Of a stretch of DNA of 64,000 bases, positions 47,129 to 57,139 are shown in pieces. The notes under the pieces are model-generated. The model did no database searches. It saw only the letters and a program-made list of their open reading frames with translations, and was not told the origin of the DNA. The DNA comes from Elusimicrobiota bacterium (GTDB lineage: Bacteria; Elusimicrobiota; Elusimicrobia; UBA1565; JACRDR01), in NCBI GenBank assembly GCA_041694815.1, contig JBGFSC010000033.1, positions 90,609 through 154,608 of the forward strand. The letters run 5' to 3'. Position 1 is the stretch's first letter, and each line of letters begins with the position of its first letter. The position numbers and the translations under genes were made by a program.

Positions 47129-50100
47129 AGTCGCCATCGGCGGTGTGCCGGGCTCCGGCGCCTGGGCGGCCCTCGCCTTGAGCCTGCTCCACCGGCGGGA
47201 GAGATTTCCCGGCCTCCCGCAAGCCGCGCCGCCCCTGACCCTCGTACGCGGAAGCGACGAGGAGATCGAGGATTTAGCCGACGCGCTGGCAGCACTCCTG
47301 CCCCTGTTCCCCGAGGCGCCCATAGCTCCGCGCATCGCCGTGTTCGGAGACGACGCGCAGGTCCGGCTCGGGTCTCTGGAGATCCTGCGGCGCGGAGCCG
47401 AGATCGTGCTGGCGACTCCGGACGGGCTCCGCCACAAGGCGCCGCTTCCCGGCTCCTTCGACGCGCTGCGCCTGGAACTGCGGCGGGGCCGCAGCTACCC
47501 CAGGGCCGAGTTGTTGGAGCGCCTGACGACGTTGGGGCATCAGCGCGTCGACTTCGTCGAGAGCCCGGGCGAATTCGCCCTGCGCGGCTCGGTGGTCGAC
47601 ATTTTTCCTCTCGAGCCTGTCCGGGCCGTCCGGCTCAATTTCAACGAGGAGCGGCTCGAATCCCTCCGGCTCTTTGATCCTGAGACGCAGGCGGGAGGGG
47701 AATTCATCGAGGAGGCCTCGCTCACTCCGGCGCAGGAGGCGGGCTTTGAGGCCGCCGTCGCGGACTGGCTGAGCGGTCGGGGCCTGTGGGCCTGCGAGGC
47801 GGGAGTCGAGCTGCCTCCCGTCAAGGTGGGGCTTCTGCGCGTCGGCTCCGGGGGCCCGGGTGCCTTCGACTTCGGGATCAGGCCGGGGATGCGTTTTGAG
47901 GGCAATGTCGAGCTGGCCTTAGAACAGGTCCGACGTTGGAGGGAGCAGGGGCTCCGGGTCCTTTTTTTCTCGCTCAACCGCGGTGAGGACGAGCGCGTGC
48001 AGGAGTTATTAGAAGGTCGCGCCGACTGCCAATTCCTCATCGGCCCCCTGCGCTCCGGCTTCGTGTGGCCGACCGAGAAGCTGGCCGTCCTGAGCTCCTC
48101 GGAGCTCTTCGAGCGCTCCTACCGCGGCGCCCCGCGCTGGGGGCGCTACGGCGACGGCTCGCGACGTCGCCTGCGCTGGAAGGAGCTCAAGTCCGGCGAT
48201 TACGTGGTGCACCGCGACTACGGCATCTCCCGCTACCTCGGCATAGAGCCGGTCGAATCCGGGGAGGCCGTCATCGACTGCCTGCGCTTGGAGTTCCGAG
48301 GCTCGGACAAGCTCTACGTCCCCATGACGGATTTCAAGCTCGTCCAAAAGTACGTCGGCTCGGAGGGGCGCCGGCCGCGGCTCTCCTCGCTCGATACTCG
48401 GAGCTGGGAGGCGGTCAAGGCCCGGGTGCGCGAAGGGGTGCGGGAGCTGGCCGAGGAACTGCTCAAGGTGCAGGCGGCCCGGGCCGCCTGGCCGGGGCAC
48501 GCCTTCGGCCCCGATTCGCATATGGAGCGGGAGTTCGCCGCCTCCTTCCCCTACGAGGAGACGCCCGACCAGCGCCGTGCCATCGAGGAGGTCAAGGCCG
48601 ACATGATGCGGCCGCACCCGATGGACCGGGTGGTCATCGGCGACGTCGGCTTCGGCAAAACCGAGGTGGCCATGCGCGCGGCGCTCAAATGCGCGAGCGG
48701 GCTCAAGCAGGCCGCGGTCCTGGTTCCCACGACGATACTGGCCGACCAGCATTTTAGGACCTTCTCCAAGCGCTTCGCCGAGTATCCGGTGCGCCTCGGC
48801 ATGCTCTCGCGTTTCGAGACGCCTTCCAGGCAGAAGAAGACTCTGGATCTGCTGGCCTCCGGGGCGCTTGATATCGTTATTGGGACCCAGCGCCTGCTCT
48901 CTCCGGACGTTAAATTCAAGGACCTGGGCCTTATCGTCGTCGACGAGGAGCACCGCTTCGGGGTGCGGGACAAGGAAAGGCTTAAGGGCTTAAAGAAGAA
49001 CGTCGACGTGCTCAGCCTCTCGGCCACGCCGATACCCCGCACGCTGCACCAGTCGCTCTCGGGGCTGCGCTCGGTATCGATCATCCGCAGCGCGCCCGCG
49101 GGCCGGCAGCCGATCATGACCCGGGTCGGGCCCTGGGATGAAAAACTGGTCGCCGCCGCCATAGAGGCCGAACTTTCGAGAGGAGGGCAGGTCTACTACG
49201 TGCACAACCGTGTCCGGACCTTGGACGCGCGCGCCGACGCCCTGCGCAAGCTCGTGGCCGGCATAAGGGTCTGCGTGGCCCATGGGCAGATGCGCTCGGA
49301 AACGCTGGAAAAGACGATGTGGGATTTTTTCAACCGCAAGCACGATCTCCTGGCCGCCTCGACCATCATTGAGTCGGGGCTCGACATCCCGACGGTCAAC
49401 ACCCTCATCGTCGAGGACGCGCAGGATTTCGGGCTGGCCCAGCTCTATCAATTGCGCGGCCGTATCGGCCGGGAGCGACAGAAGGCCTTCTGCTACCTGC
49501 TGCACCCGCCGGGCTCGGAGCTCGCGCATTTAAGCGAGGAGTCCAGAAAGCGGCTGGAGGCGTTGCGGGAATTCGGCGAGCTCGGCTCCGGGCTGCAGCT
49601 GGCCATGCGCGATTTAGAGATCCGCGGCGCGGGGGATCTCTTGGGCGCCAAGCAGCACGGCTTCGTCGACGCCGTGGGAGTTGAGTTTTATTCCGAGCTT
49701 CTGGGCGAGGAGATCGAGAAGTTAAAGGGGGGAGCCCCCAAGCCGGCGGTCGCTCCGGTCCATCTCGACGTCGAGCTGCCCGCCTTTATACCGGAGGAGT
49801 ATTTGCCTGGGGAGATGGAGAGGCTTGAGTTCTACAAGAGGCTCATCGACGCCGGCCCCGAGCAATGGGCGGCGCTTCGCCGGGAGCTCGAGGACCTTTC
49901 GGGGCCCGCGCCGCGGCCGGTCGTCAATCTATTCCGGCTCTTCGAGCTCAGAGCCAAGGCGTCCGCCGCCGGGCTGCGGGCGTTGTCTCAGCGCGACAAC
50001 CAGGTGGAAGTCTACTTCAGGCCGGACGCGCAGGTCGCGGCCAAGACGCTCTTGGCCTGGCAAAGGGATTTCGGAGGACGGCTCGAGTTCCGGCGCTCGC

Positions 50101-50195
50101 CGGAGGGCGACGGGCTGCGCATCCAGCTGCGCGGCGAGGAGCCGATCGGGTGGGTAGAGTCCTTCGTTACTTCTCTGAATCCCAAGTCAGTTTGA
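47121..50195 (+). CDS. mfd: Transcription-repair coupling factor
   Basis: PGEFALRG.VVDIFP, GDYVVH.DYGI, FPYEETPDQ, GDVGFGKTEVA, DEEHRFG, SATPIPRTL, QLRGRIGR, DLEIRGAG, TRCF domain. Confidence 0.95.
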   Translation: MPEVAIGGVPGSGAWAALALSLLHRRERFPGLPQAAPPLTLVRGSDEEIEDLADALAALLPLFPEAPIAPRIAVFGDDAQVRLGSLEILRRGAEIVLATPDGLRHKAPLPGSFDALRLELRRGRSYPRAELLERLTTLGHQRVDFVESPGEFALRGSVVDIFPLEPVRAVRLNFNEERLESLRLFDPETQAGGEFIEEASLTPAQEAGFEAAVADWLSGRGLWACEAGVELPPVKVGLLRVGSGGPGAFDFGIRPGMRFEGNVELALEQVRRWREQGLRVLFFSLNRGEDERVQELLEGRADCQFLIGPLRSGFVWPTEKLAVLSSSELFERSYRGAPRWGRYGDGSRRRLRWKELKSGDYVVHRDYGISRYLGIEPVESGEAVIDCLRLEFRGSDKLYVPMTDFKLVQKYVGSEGRRPRLSSLDTRSWEAVKARVREGVRELAEELLKVQAARAAWPGHAFGPDSHMEREFAASFPYEETPDQRRAIEEVKADMMRPHPMDRVVIGDVGFGKTEVAMRAALKCASGLKQAAVLVPTTILADQHFRTFSKRFAEYPVRLGMLSRFETPSRQKKTLDLLASGALDIVIGTQRLLSPDVKFKDLGLIVVDEEHRFGVRDKERLKGLKKNVDVLSLSATPIPRTLHQSLSGLRSVSIIRSAPAGRQPIMTRVGPWDEKLVAAAIEAELSRGGQVYYVHNRVRTLDARADALRKLVAGIRVCVAHGQMRSETLEKTMWDFFNRKHDLLAASTIIESGLDIPTVNTLIVEDAQDFGLAQLYQLRGRIGRERQKAFCYLLHPPGSELAHLSEESRKRLEALREFGELGSGLQLAMRDLEIRGAGDLLGAKQHGFVDAVGVEFYSELLGEEIEKLKGGAPKPAVAPVHLDVELPAFIPEEYLPGEMERLEFYKRLIDAGPEQWAALRRELEDLSGPAPRPVVNLFRLFELRAKASAAGLRALSQRDNQVEVYFRPDAQVAAKTLLAWQRDFGGRLEFRRSPEGDGLRIQLRGEEPIGWVESFVTSLNPKSV

Positions 50196-51294
50196 AGCGC
50201 TTCTCCGCGGTATCCAGGGAAGAATAGGTATCCCCAATCGAGGCCTTAAGAGACGACTGTCCATTCGCTTCTTTCAATTCCTGCTCCGTAAATCCGATCC
50301 GTCTAATTGAAATGGTGCCGTTCTTTTCTCCCGTGAGGAGCTTGGTGCCGTTCAAATTAAAAGAGGCGGAAAAAATTTCGGACTCGTGCGAGAATGTCAT
50401 GAGTCTTTCTCCAGTGCGCCGATCCCAAAGGATTGCGGTCTTATCGCGGCTTGCAGTAAGCACATGTAAGCCATCCGGGCTCAAGGATACAGAAGAGATA
50501 TATTCCGTGTGTCCGCGCAGCATCAGTTTCATCTCACCCGTGCGGATGTCTAGAAACGTAGCCGTCGGGTTTTTCCAGCCCGTTACGATGATCAGCTCCG
50601 AATCGTCCGGGCTAAAGCGCACTTTTAGAATGTGGTTCTCGTCATCATTAGCCTGCGGCAGGTTGAAGGCGCTTAGTTTGTAGCCATTCGCCGCGTCAAA
50701 GAGAACAAGCTTGTGTTTGTTGTCGTGCGTGATGATCCTTGAACCATCGTGGCTAAATTCTGGGTCGTAGAGACGGGATGAGCCCGGGGGATCGATATCG
50801 TCTAGCACGAATAAACGATTCCCTAAGACTGAGTTCCATGCTACATGTTTCCCGGTGAATATATCATAGGTCATTAGGATGGATGCATCCGGGCTAAATC
50901 GAGAAAGTGCGTGGCCCTGGCTGTTCTCAAGCTTAAGGTCCTTGCCTGTCTTCCGATCGTGGATAATCCAGTAGGCATCGCCGTTTCCTATGGAAATACT
51001 ACTTGCACTCTTGGAGCCATCGGCGCTGGACTCATTATCCCTAGAGGATTTGTTCCGTATATCTCCTGTAAATGCGTCGCATGTGACAATGGACAGAGGG
51101 AGCGTTACGGTTAAGGTTCGTTCATCATCGCTCCAATGTACGGAATATATCTGGTTCCCGACCAAGTCTTCTGGAAGGATTATCCGGCGTACTCCGCCGA
51201 TCACTGAATCGGTCCATGTCTTGAGCAGGCCGTCGCTCTGCGACCAAACGGGCGATTTCAGCGCCAAAAAGACGAGCATGATGTGCCCAGTCAT
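50167..51294 (-). CDS. Exported WD40 beta-propeller protein (array gene 11, last)
   Basis: FSPD repeats, GHTEYISSVSLSPDG..VLTASRDKTAILWD; ends TAEKRFKLTW; weak signal peptide. Confidence 0.88.
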   Translation of the reverse strand: MTGHIMLVFLALKSPVWSQSDGLLKTWTDSVIGGVRRIILPEDLVGNQIYSVHWSDDERTLTVTLPLSIVTCDAFTGDIRNKSSRDNESSADGSKSASSISIGNGDAYWIIHDRKTGKDLKLENSQGHALSRFSPDASILMTYDIFTGKHVAWNSVLGNRLFVLDDIDPPGSSRLYDPEFSHDGSRIITHDNKHKLVLFDAANGYKLSAFNLPQANDDENHILKVRFSPDDSELIIVTGWKNPTATFLDIRTGEMKLMLRGHTEYISSVSLSPDGLHVLTASRDKTAILWDRRTGERLMTFSHESEIFSASFNLNGTKLLTGEKNGTISIRRIGFTEQELKEANGQSSLKASIGDTYSSLDTAEKRFKLTWDSEK

Positions 51295-52559
51295 GGCAAT
51301 TTGAATCGCTCCTCGGCGCTCTCGCCGTCCTCGGGCCCGGCGGGCTGGGCGGCAACGGCGCCTTCCTTAACGCGGCTCGCCAGTGCCTGGAGTTCCTCCG
51401 GCGTCCAGTCGATCTTTCTGAGCCGGAGCTCGCCCGTTGTGCTCGTAAGAAGCAGGGTATCGTCGGCCCCGAAGGCGATCGGAGAATTTGATTCTTCCGT
51501 CTGTCGGTTGAATAGTATCTCTCCCGTTCGAGTGTCGTAGACGACGAGCCTATTGTCGCAGTGGGCCGCCAACTTCGATCCGTCGCGGTTGAGCGCAGGC
51601 CACGCCGCATGAGCGGACACCCGAAGGGCGCGGATCGGCTCGCCGGTCGCGCCATTGAACAGCGTTATCTCTCCTTTAGAGGAGGCGACGAGCGCCGTCT
51701 CGCCGCCATCGCTGAGCAATAGACTATAGACGCGTTGGCGGCGAAACAGGAACTTGCGTTTGTCCGATTTTAAATCGTGGAGGTACACGAAACCGCCGTT
51801 ATGAGCCGTCAAGGCTCGCGATCCGTCGCGGCTAAGCGCCATATGCGTCGTCTTCCGGCGATCGACTTCCAGCAGAAGCGCGGGGCCTTTTTCGCGAGCA
51901 AGCGCGTTCCAGGAATAGGCGGTGTCCATCGCGGAGTGCAGGATGATTCGGCTGTCATCGGGTGTCAACCAGGCCGAGCCGCCATAGTGGAGATCGTCGA
52001 CGCCATGGATCGTCCTCAGCCTTTTTCCGCTGCGCACATCCCAGACGACGATCCGTTGATCTCGGCAGGCGCCGAGCAATTTCGTTCCATCGGAGGAAAA
52101 AGAAAGCGAGTCGGGGTTCCAGCAGCCCTTTAGCCGGCGTAGCCTCCTGCCGTTTTTCGCGTCCCAGAGGTAGATGCGTTCCTCGTAATAGGCCTCCTCG
52201 GTGTCGACGGCTGCGATCAAGGAGCCGTCCGGACTCAAGGTTCCGCGATCGATATAGGTTCCGGTCAGCTTGAGCGTGTCGGATTTCCGTAGCGGCTCCA
52301 GCAGCGAGCGGTCCTCCAGCGCGGAGCGCGGGCCCGCTCCATCAAAAAGGCGGTCAAGCATGGCGAGCTTGAAGCGATTCTCGGCCTTCCCATCTGATAT
52401 ATTTGGGCCGTGCGGTGCGGGAAGAACTCGACTGGACCAGGGAGGGGCAACATCGTCAAAGGCCGAGGTTTTAGGTTGGCTGGCATGAAGCATGGTAGCG
52501 CCGGCGCTCCAGGTGGCCGATAGAAGCGCTGAATATATCGTTGGTCTCGCAAAGTTCAT
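51291..52559 (-). CDS. Exported WD40 protein (array gene 10, mosaic)
   Basis: Start MNFARPTIYS at the ATGA overlap; WD repeats; ends SAEERFKLP. Confidence 0.85.
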   Translation of the reverse strand: MNFARPTIYSALLSATWSAGATMLHASQPKTSAFDDVAPPWSSRVLPAPHGPNISDGKAENRFKLAMLDRLFDGAGPRSALEDRSLLEPLRKSDTLKLTGTYIDRGTLSPDGSLIAAVDTEEAYYEERIYLWDAKNGRRLRRLKGCWNPDSLSFSSDGTKLLGACRDQRIVVWDVRSGKRLRTIHGVDDLHYGGSAWLTPDDSRIILHSAMDTAYSWNALAREKGPALLLEVDRRKTTHMALSRDGSRALTAHNGGFVYLHDLKSDKRKFLFRRQRVYSLLLSDGGETALVASSKGEITLFNGATGEPIRALRVSAHAAWPALNRDGSKLAAHCDNRLVVYDTRTGEILFNRQTEESNSPIAFGADDTLLLTSTTGELRLRKIDWTPEELQALASRVKEGAVAAQPAGPEDGESAEERFKLP

Positions 52560-53746
52560 CGGTCGTTTCGTTCCTGTGACCATGGCAGCTTGAAGCGTTT
52601 TTCGGCCGTTTCCTGAAAGGAGTCGTTCGCGACGGAGACTTTCTGGAACAGCTTTCTCTTTATCTCTTCCATCTCTTGCGCGGAGGCGGCGATCCGCCAT
52701 ATGGAGACGCTGCCGTAATTTCCGCCGGTGATGATCTTGGTTTCGTCGGAGTTGAAGGCGGCGGACCAAAGCGGCGTTTCGTGCGCGAATTCCCTGAGCA
52801 TTTCCCCGTTTCTCGAGTCCCATAGGATCGCCCGCTTATCCTGGCTCGCGGTCAGGATTTTCGACCGGTCCGGGCTCCAGGATACGGAACGGATCGACGC
52901 GGTATGGCCGCGCAGGATCGTTTTCGTTTCGCCTGTCCGGATATCCAGTATCATCGCCGTCCAGTCCGGATTGCTGACGGCGACGATCTCGGAGGAATCG
53001 GGGCTGAACCATGCTTCCTCTATGTATCCGCCGGTCCAATCGGTCTCCTTCGCATTGAGTATTTTTAATTGATTCCCCGTTGCCGCGTCCCAGAGCACGA
53101 CCCTTTTCCCTTGGCTCGGCGTCACGATCATGGAGCCGTCGGGACTAGATTTGGCGCCGCGGAGCGAATACGCGTACGGATTCCGCAAAAAGCCGGGGCG
53201 TGTTCCGCTGTCCTTGAGCTCGTAAAGTCTCTTCCCCGTGTTCGAGTCCCAGACGGACACCGAGGACAGGAATTTCACGGAGCCCGGAGGGTCGCGATCG
53301 ATGGTCGTCAGTTTCGATCCGTCCGGGCTGAAGCCGAGGAAGTCGTATATGTTTTTATCGGCATAAAGCCTCATCGCCATTCCTTTATTAAGGTCATGGA
53401 CAATCCAATAATAGGTGAACTCAGGGTCCTCGATGCGTTCGATCTTCTTCGACCCGTCCGGGCTGAGATTCCATGCCTCCCTTTGGACGGTCTGAAGGGC
53501 TTCGCCGGTGGCGGTGTTGAACGTAATGGTGTGAAAAGGAAAGACTACCGTCGCCGTTTGTCCGTCATCGTTCAGGTGGACGGACGTGGCGATGGCGTTT
53601 CCCATGTCGCGAGGCGCCCGTAGTTTGCGTTTTGATCCTATCGGAAGATCATGGAGCCCATCCAGAACGCCTTGCTGTGCCACGACGGCGGGCGTTAGAG
53701 CCGCAGCCCGCCACAGGAGCAAAAAGGCCAACGCTGGAATCTTCAT
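52556..53746 (-). CDS. Exported WD40 protein (array gene 9)
   Basis: Signal peptide; GHTASIRSVSWSPD..ILTASQDK.AILWD; ends TAEKRFKLPW. Confidence 0.9.
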   Translation of the reverse strand: MKIPALAFLLLWRAAALTPAVVAQQGVLDGLHDLPIGSKRKLRAPRDMGNAIATSVHLNDDGQTATVVFPFHTITFNTATGEALQTVQREAWNLSPDGSKKIERIEDPEFTYYWIVHDLNKGMAMRLYADKNIYDFLGFSPDGSKLTTIDRDPPGSVKFLSSVSVWDSNTGKRLYELKDSGTRPGFLRNPYAYSLRGAKSSPDGSMIVTPSQGKRVVLWDAATGNQLKILNAKETDWTGGYIEEAWFSPDSSEIVAVSNPDWTAMILDIRTGETKTILRGHTASIRSVSWSPDRSKILTASQDKRAILWDSRNGEMLREFAHETPLWSAAFNSDETKIITGGNYGSVSIWRIAASAQEMEEIKRKLFQKVSVANDSFQETAEKRFKLPWSQERNDR

Positions 53747-54888
53747 TCTCCATCCCTATCCCAAGGGAGTTTGAAACGTTCCTCTGCGGTCTCTCCGCCG
53801 ATGACAGATGAAGCCGGAGTCGATAGGGCGCGGCGGAGTTCCCCTACATCGTGTTCATTCGCCCGGATTTTCCAAATTCTTATGCCGTCATTTACATAAC
53901 ATGCACTGGCGATTTCCGTGCCGTCAGGGCTAAAGGCGAAGGACTGAATATAGCAAGTGTGTCCGGTAAGCAATTTGACCGGCTTTCGGGTGGCAATATC
54001 GTAAAGTTCTATATTAGCGGTCTTAGCCAGCGCTACAAGTCTGCCATCCGGACTGAAGCTGACTGAATTGACGTGATCGTCTCCTTCAAAGCTGTGCAGC
54101 AAAGCGCCGCTCGCTACGTCCCATAGAGAAATCGTGTCGCAGTTTCCAGCGGACCCGTCGCAGCGTTGGTGGCTCAGTAGCTTGGTGTGATCGGGACTCA
54201 ATGTGACCGATATAAGCCAGTCCCCCCAATACCACCATTTCTTCTTTGAAACGGGCAACGGCACGGATCGTAGACGAGCGCCCGTTTTGATATCCCAGAG
54301 CTCGGCGGAATTGTCTCCGGGAGTCCAAACGGTGGAGCCTGATGCGTCGAAGCCACCGAAGGGCCGACGCGTCGGTAAGGTGATCAGCTTTTGGCCCGTC
54401 CGTGCGTCCCAAAGAGTCATCCGTCCGCCGTCGGTGGTGGCTACGGCCGCTGAGTCAGGTGTAAATAGAACGCCTAAGACCTGCTCCTGCGTGTTCAAGC
54501 GCGCCAACACCTCTGCTGTGCTTAGATCGCGGATCGTCGCCCCTCGCTCATCCGGGATTAAGGCTTTTGTGCCATCCGGGCTTGGGAGGGAGGTGTAGCC
54601 CCAAAGCGGAGTGTTGATCGTCGAATGCACGATCCGGCTGATCGTCTCGCCGCTGCGCGCGTCGAGGACATGGGTGTCACGAATGCCGCCCAGGATAATC
54701 CGATTTCCATCGGGACTGAAACGAATTCCCCTGACGTTTTCCGGCGCGGGAAGAACTCGACTGGACCAGAGCGGGGCATAATCGTCAAGGGTCGAGGTTT
54801 TGGGCGAGCTGGCATGAAGCAGGGTAACGCCGGCGCTCCATGCGGTCAATAGAAGCGCCGAATATATCGTTGGTCTCGCGAAGCTCAT
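53743..54888 (-). CDS. Exported WD40 protein (array gene 8)
   Basis: Start MSFARPTIYS; WD repeats; ends TAEERFKLPW. Confidence 0.88.
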   Translation of the reverse strand: MSFARPTIYSALLLTAWSAGVTLLHASSPKTSTLDDYAPLWSSRVLPAPENVRGIRFSPDGNRIILGGIRDTHVLDARSGETISRIVHSTINTPLWGYTSLPSPDGTKALIPDERGATIRDLSTAEVLARLNTQEQVLGVLFTPDSAAVATTDGGRMTLWDARTGQKLITLPTRRPFGGFDASGSTVWTPGDNSAELWDIKTGARLRSVPLPVSKKKWWYWGDWLISVTLSPDHTKLLSHQRCDGSAGNCDTISLWDVASGALLHSFEGDDHVNSVSFSPDGRLVALAKTANIELYDIATRKPVKLLTGHTCYIQSFAFSPDGTEIASACYVNDGIRIWKIRANEHDVGELRRALSTPASSVIGGETAEERFKLPWDRDGE

Positions 54889-56045
54889 TGGTCGTCTCGT
54901 TCCTGTAACCATGGCAGCTTGAAGCGTTTTTCGGCCGTTTCCTGAAAGAAGTCCACGTCGGCGCCTGTGCTTACGAGTGCTGCGCGGCGCCGTTTATCTT
55001 TCATTTCCTGCGGAGTGAACCCGATCCGCCAAGTGAAAATATGGCCGGAATCATCGCCCACAACGATCTTGGTGCCGTTGGAATTAAAGGAGGCGGAATA
55101 AAGGGGATGAGGGTGGGGAAATGTTTTGAGCTGGCTCCCGGTCCGCCGGTCCCATAGAATCGCTTTTCCGTCCAAGCCTACGGTGAGAAGCATGGATCCA
55201 TCCGGGCTCATGGATACCGACTGCACGGTCGACGAGTGGCCGCGAAGCGTCATGGTTTGGAGCCCCGTGTGAGTGTCAAAGAATTCGACGGTGCCGCTGA
55301 GAAACTCCGCGCCGATCAAGGAGCCGTCCGCATTGAACCAGACTTTGTCGAAACTGCCATGCTTGTCCACGTCGGTTTCGTTTTCATGAATGGTCCGCAG
55401 CCTGCGACCCGTTAAAGCATCCCAAAGAACGAGTTTCTTGCCCATGCCCTGCGTCACCAGCATCGAACCGTCGGTACTGAATGCAGGGCGAGTAAGTACC
55501 TGATGAAAGCCTTTAGGAGACACGTCGTCGAGAACAAACAGGATTTTTCCGGTGTTCGTATCCCAGGCTGTCACTCGGTAGTATCTCTGATCGTAGGTAA
55601 GCAGCTTCGAGCCGTCGGGACTGAATCCCGCGAAAAAGTGCTTCCAGCTTCCTGCGAGCCTAAGCAGCGCTTTGGTTTTTTCGTCGCGGATGAACCATTC
55701 CGAAGCCCCGAATTCTCTGCTTTCGGTCGCGCTCTTCGAGCCGTCGGCGCTTAGCCTTCGGTGATTCGGGGTTTCCCAGCGTATCTCGCCGCTCCGGAAG
55801 TCCCAGCAGATGACGGAGTCTGCAAGCGTAGCCGTTAGGGTCCGTTCATCATCGTTCAGCTGGACGGAATAAACACCTCGCAGGTAAGACCGGCCCAAGG
55901 ATCCCGCAGGAACGGTGAACTCTCTTCCCAAACCTATCTCGGAGTCGGCGATCTCATCGAGCAAGCCAGCATGAAGCGTGGTGGCTATAGCGCTCCAGGC
56001 GGTCAATAGAAGCGCCGAATATATCATTGGTCTCGCGAAGCTCAT
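54885..56045 (-). CDS. Exported WD40 protein (array gene 7)
   Basis: Start MSFARPMIYS; GHSSTVQSVSMSPDG; ends TAEKRFKLPW. Confidence 0.88.
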   Translation of the reverse strand: MSFARPMIYSALLLTAWSAIATTLHAGLLDEIADSEIGLGREFTVPAGSLGRSYLRGVYSVQLNDDERTLTATLADSVICWDFRSGEIRWETPNHRRLSADGSKSATESREFGASEWFIRDEKTKALLRLAGSWKHFFAGFSPDGSKLLTYDQRYYRVTAWDTNTGKILFVLDDVSPKGFHQVLTRPAFSTDGSMLVTQGMGKKLVLWDALTGRRLRTIHENETDVDKHGSFDKVWFNADGSLIGAEFLSGTVEFFDTHTGLQTMTLRGHSSTVQSVSMSPDGSMLLTVGLDGKAILWDRRTGSQLKTFPHPHPLYSASFNSNGTKIVVGDDSGHIFTWRIGFTPQEMKDKRRRAALVSTGADVDFFQETAEKRFKLPWLQERDDQ

Positions 56046-57139
56046 CGGTCGTCTCGTTGCCGTGACCATGGCAGCTTGAAGCGTTTCTCCGCCGTCTCGG
56101 ATGATTGGGATCCGGAGTTGCTGCGGGTCTTCCGCCGCAATCTGCTTGCCATCTCACGAAGTTCGGTGTCCGTATATCCGATTTTCCAGATGAAGACGGA
56201 ACCGTCCTCGCAGCCGAGCGCTACGTGTCGGCCATCGGGGTGGAACGAAACGGAGCCGATTTTGGAGGAATGTTTGAATGTCCGGAGCTTCTCTCCATTG
56301 CGGGCGTTCCAAAGTACGGCCATTCCATCGGTGCTTCCGGTGACGATCATGGATTCGTCGCGATTAAATTCCGCCGCGGCGATTCTATGTTCGCCGCTCG
56401 AAAGTATGGCGAGCAATTCGAAGGACTTGGCGTCATAAATCGCCGCGGCGTATTCATTCCGTGGGTAATGCACCCCGAAAACCGTAAACTTAGTTCCGCC
56501 CGGACTGAAGGAAGCCCCCTCAGGGCCTAAATCCTCGATCCGTTTCAAGAGCCTTCCATCCTTGGTGCTTCGAACGCCGACATACACAGAGTAGTTCGTA
56601 TAATCGATGGTCAGAAAGGAGTCCCCGTTCGGACTGAGAGCGGCGGGATCTATCGATTCTCTTGGATCTAAATTTACCTTCCAAATCTGGTTTTGCGTCC
56701 GAGGATCCCATCCAAGTAGAAAATTAGAGGAACTAACGAAGTGGCTTGCGAGCATAAAGGAACCGTCTTCGGAAAGAAGCCCTCTCTTCCAAAATGGGAA
56801 GGGAGTCGGCACTTGGGCGACCTTTCCCGTTTGGGGGTTCCAGGATTCCAGGCCGGCGGAGCCTCGAAAAATTATTTGTTCTTCTTTCACCACGTGGACC
56901 GGCCCACGTACTGAGGGTTCAAGGCGTTTTACCTCACTTTGGGTCTGCCAGTCATAGAGAATGAGACGATTTCTCCAGGCCATTAGCAGATGCGAGCCGC
57001 CTTGGGAAAAGATCGTTTCGGTCCTATCCGGAAATTTGTGCAGCAGTCGCGGCGGCGGGAGCTCGCCGAGGAGGCTTTCGGACGCGAAAAGGCTTATGGG
57101 CGGGAAACTCAGCATTAAGGCGAGGACGGAGAAAATCAT
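56042..57139 (-). CDS. Exported WD40 protein (array gene 6)
   Basis: Signal peptide; IVTGSTDG.AVLWN; ends TAEKRFKLPW. Confidence 0.88.
   Translation of the reverse strand: MIFSVLALMLSFPPISLFASESLLGELPPPRLLHKFPDRTETIFSQGGSHLLMAWRNRLILYDWQTQSEVKRLEPSVRGPVHVVKEEQIIFRGSAGLESWNPQTGKVAQVPTPFPFWKRGLLSEDGSFMLASHFVSSSNFLLGWDPRTQNQIWKVNLDPRESIDPAALSPNGDSFLTIDYTNYSVYVGVRSTKDGRLLKRIEDLGPEGASFSPGGTKFTVFGVHYPRNEYAAAIYDAKSFELLAILSSGEHRIAAAEFNRDESMIVTGSTDGMAVLWNARNGEKLRTFKHSSKIGSVSFHPDGRHVALGCEDGSVFIWKIGYTDTELREMASRLRRKTRSNSGSQSSETAEKRFKLPWSRQRDDR

Noticed and set aside
193..49529. Numerous antisense and alternate-frame ORFs (e.g. 8448-9749, 13843-14907, 17086-18600)
   Set aside because: Shadow ORFs expected in high-GC coding DNA; no recognisable motifs.
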